A DNA stretch of 60,371 nucleotides, counting the filler. It is 7 parts of 7 records of this genome, joined end to end, with 100 filler letters (N's around TTAATTAATTAA, not from the genome) between each part and the next. Parts side by side here need not be neighbours in the genome. Positions count along the whole stretch, not along the records: positions 52,166 to 60,371 come from SRR31156797_16003; 6 more parts are not named here. One strand, given 5' to 3'. The number at the start of each line of letters is the position of its first letter. Within the stretch, counting starts at the first letter, position 1. Shown one piece after another: positions 58,928 through 60,371 of the stretch. Both the position numbers and the translations under genes were made by a program. The notes below the pieces were generated by a model. It was not told the origin of the DNA. It ran no database searches and saw only the letters and a list, made by a program, of their open reading frames with translations.

Positions 58928-60259
58928 ATGGACGATACTTTGAAAAGCAACCTTGAATACGAAACAGCGCCTGATATTCCCGGCGAGGAAGCGGTTGAGC
59001 ATCTTCCCGAGGGGCAGGTTTATAAATTTCTCAAATTCTTCCCCGCTCTTATCGAGCGGGACTTTCGCCTTTTATGGTTGGGCATGCTTCCGGGCGTGCT
59101 GGCTATGCAGATGTATTTGTTCACCAACGGGTACCTTGCTTTTGAGCTTACCGGGTCGGCCAAATCGATCGGTTATATATCAATGGGTTTCGGCGTCCCC
59201 ATGCTGGCCTTTTCACTTATAGGAGGCATGGTCGCCGATCGTTCTTCAAAACGAACGATCATTATGATGTCCCAGACCGCGATTCTGATCTCAGCCGTTA
59301 TTTTGGCCGTGCTGGTCATTACGGAAATCATAAAAATCTGGCACATGGTCATTGTATCGGGCGTTATAGGATCGGCCTTCACCTTTCAAATGCCGGCCCG
59401 ACAGTCTTTTATCGCCGAACTTACCAGTCCGGCCAGGCTGGTTAACGCCGTGGCCCTGAATAGCGCCGGCCTTAACGCCTGCCGGGTTATCGGACCGCCT
59501 ATAGCGGGGTGGCTGATCAGCAAGCCATCGATTGACGTGGGCGGGGTATACGTAATCATGGCCGTAATGTCGGCCGCTGTTATCGCCAGCCTTTTTCGGA
59601 TAGCCGATCGAGGAGCAAGCCCCCAAGCCCAAAACGTTAGCGGCGGCAGAGCCGTGCTGGATGGTCTTGCCTATATCCGGGGAAACCCCGTGCTGCTGGT
59701 TCTTTTGTTCTTGAGCCTGGCCCCCATAATACTTGGCATGCCCTTTCAGGCCCTGATGCCTGTTTTTGCCAAAAAAGTCTTCAACGTAGGCCCCAATGGG
59801 CTGGCCATGCTGATGATGGCCAACGGCATAGGCGCCTTGATTGGCTCCATTGCCATCGCCTCGATCCGAAAACTGAAACGGCCGGGCCTTGTCCAACTAG
59901 CTCTGGGCGTCCTGTTCGGACTTATGCTGGCCGTTTTCTCATTTGGCTATTCATATTATCTGGGGCTGGTTATGATGGTGTTCATCGGCATGGTTTCGTC
60001 TTCCTATCTCTCGCTAAACGTCACTCTGATCATGGACGCCACCGACAAACGTTACCACGGACGCGTTATGAGCGTTTACATGCTCACTTTTTCAGCCATG
60101 CCCCTGGGAAACATGCTCATGAGCGTCTTTGCCGATGCATTCAGCGCGCCATTGACGGTCGGAATCGGCGGCCTTGCCCTGGCCGTGGTGGTTCTTCTTT
60201 TCGGATTGTTCAGCCCGGCCTATCGCAAACTGCAGTATGGCTCTTCCGAAACGGAGTAA
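58928..60259 (+). CDS. MFS transporter (DHA3/EntS-like efflux)
   Basis: RDFRLLW, GGMVADR, PARQS, NAVALNS, GPPIAG, GRVMS. Confidence 0.9.
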   Translation: MDDTLKSNLEYETAPDIPGEEAVEHLPEGQVYKFLKFFPALIERDFRLLWLGMLPGVLAMQMYLFTNGYLAFELTGSAKSIGYISMGFGVPMLAFSLIGGMVADRSSKRTIIMMSQTAILISAVILAVLVITEIIKIWHMVIVSGVIGSAFTFQMPARQSFIAELTSPARLVNAVALNSAGLNACRVIGPPIAGWLISKPSIDVGGVYVIMAVMSAAVIASLFRIADRGASPQAQNVSGGRAVLDGLAYIRGNPVLLVLLFLSLAPIILGMPFQALMPVFAKKVFNVGPNGLAMLMMANGIGALIGSIAIASIRKLKRPGLVQLALGVLFGLMLAVFSFGYSYYLGLVMMVFIGMVSSSYLSLNVTLIMDATDKRYHGRVMSVYMLTFSAMPLGNMLMSVFADAFSAPLTVGIGGLALAVVVLLFGLFSPAYRKLQYGSSETE

Positions 60260-60371
60260 TGTAAGTCAAGGGACCCTTATATTTTAAGCCATATAGAGTC
60301 CCTCGCCGTCCTTGCGAGCGGCTCACCGGGGGACGCCCGAAGGTAATTTTGTAAAAGGACAAATGATGGCA

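Overview
This window is not one locus. It is seven unrelated contigs joined by 100-nt N spacers that each contain the all-frame stop linker TTAATTAATTAA. (1) 1-7180, GC-rich spirochete: spiro-SPASM, GT-like protein, SpsF-like cytidylyltransferase, SpsG/methyltransferase fusion, ATP-grasp, amidase, GerMN and flaA, all on the minus strand. (2) 7281-16173, Bacteroidota: phoH, SAM hydrolase, ABM, mazG and two paralogous T9SS cargo proteins. (3) 16274-29862, Alphaproteobacterium housekeeping: rluB, C26 peptidase, tadA, purD, xseA, M23 peptidase and the msbA-DUF374-waaA-lpxK-lpxL lipid A cluster. (4) 29963-37799, Desulfobacterota-like: a DAHP synthase under an unannotated Phe/Tyr/Trp leader-peptide attenuator with two tandem terminators; a compact three-gene operon (membrane-anchored protein, degenerate dynamin-like GTPase, Hsp70/actin-fold ATPase) resembling a miniaturised, reordered srfABC module; a helical-repeat protein with a sigma-28-like promoter; and the 5' end of a tRNA-Leu. 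(5) 37900-45407, Bacteroidota: a BNR-repeat T9SS protein flanked by palindromic repeat elements, GH31, DoxX and glutamine synthetase III. (6) 45508-52065, Desulfobacterota-like: iorAB, split UxaA/SuyAB-type lyase, MFS, amidohydrolase and a receiver protein. (7) 52166-60371: signalling cluster (four-receiver hybrid kinase, CheD-HDOD fusion, PAS hybrid kinase) plus MarR-MFS. The best candidate for an undescribed system is the three-gene operon at 30741-35888. Taxonomy and family calls come from motif recognition only; no database search was run.
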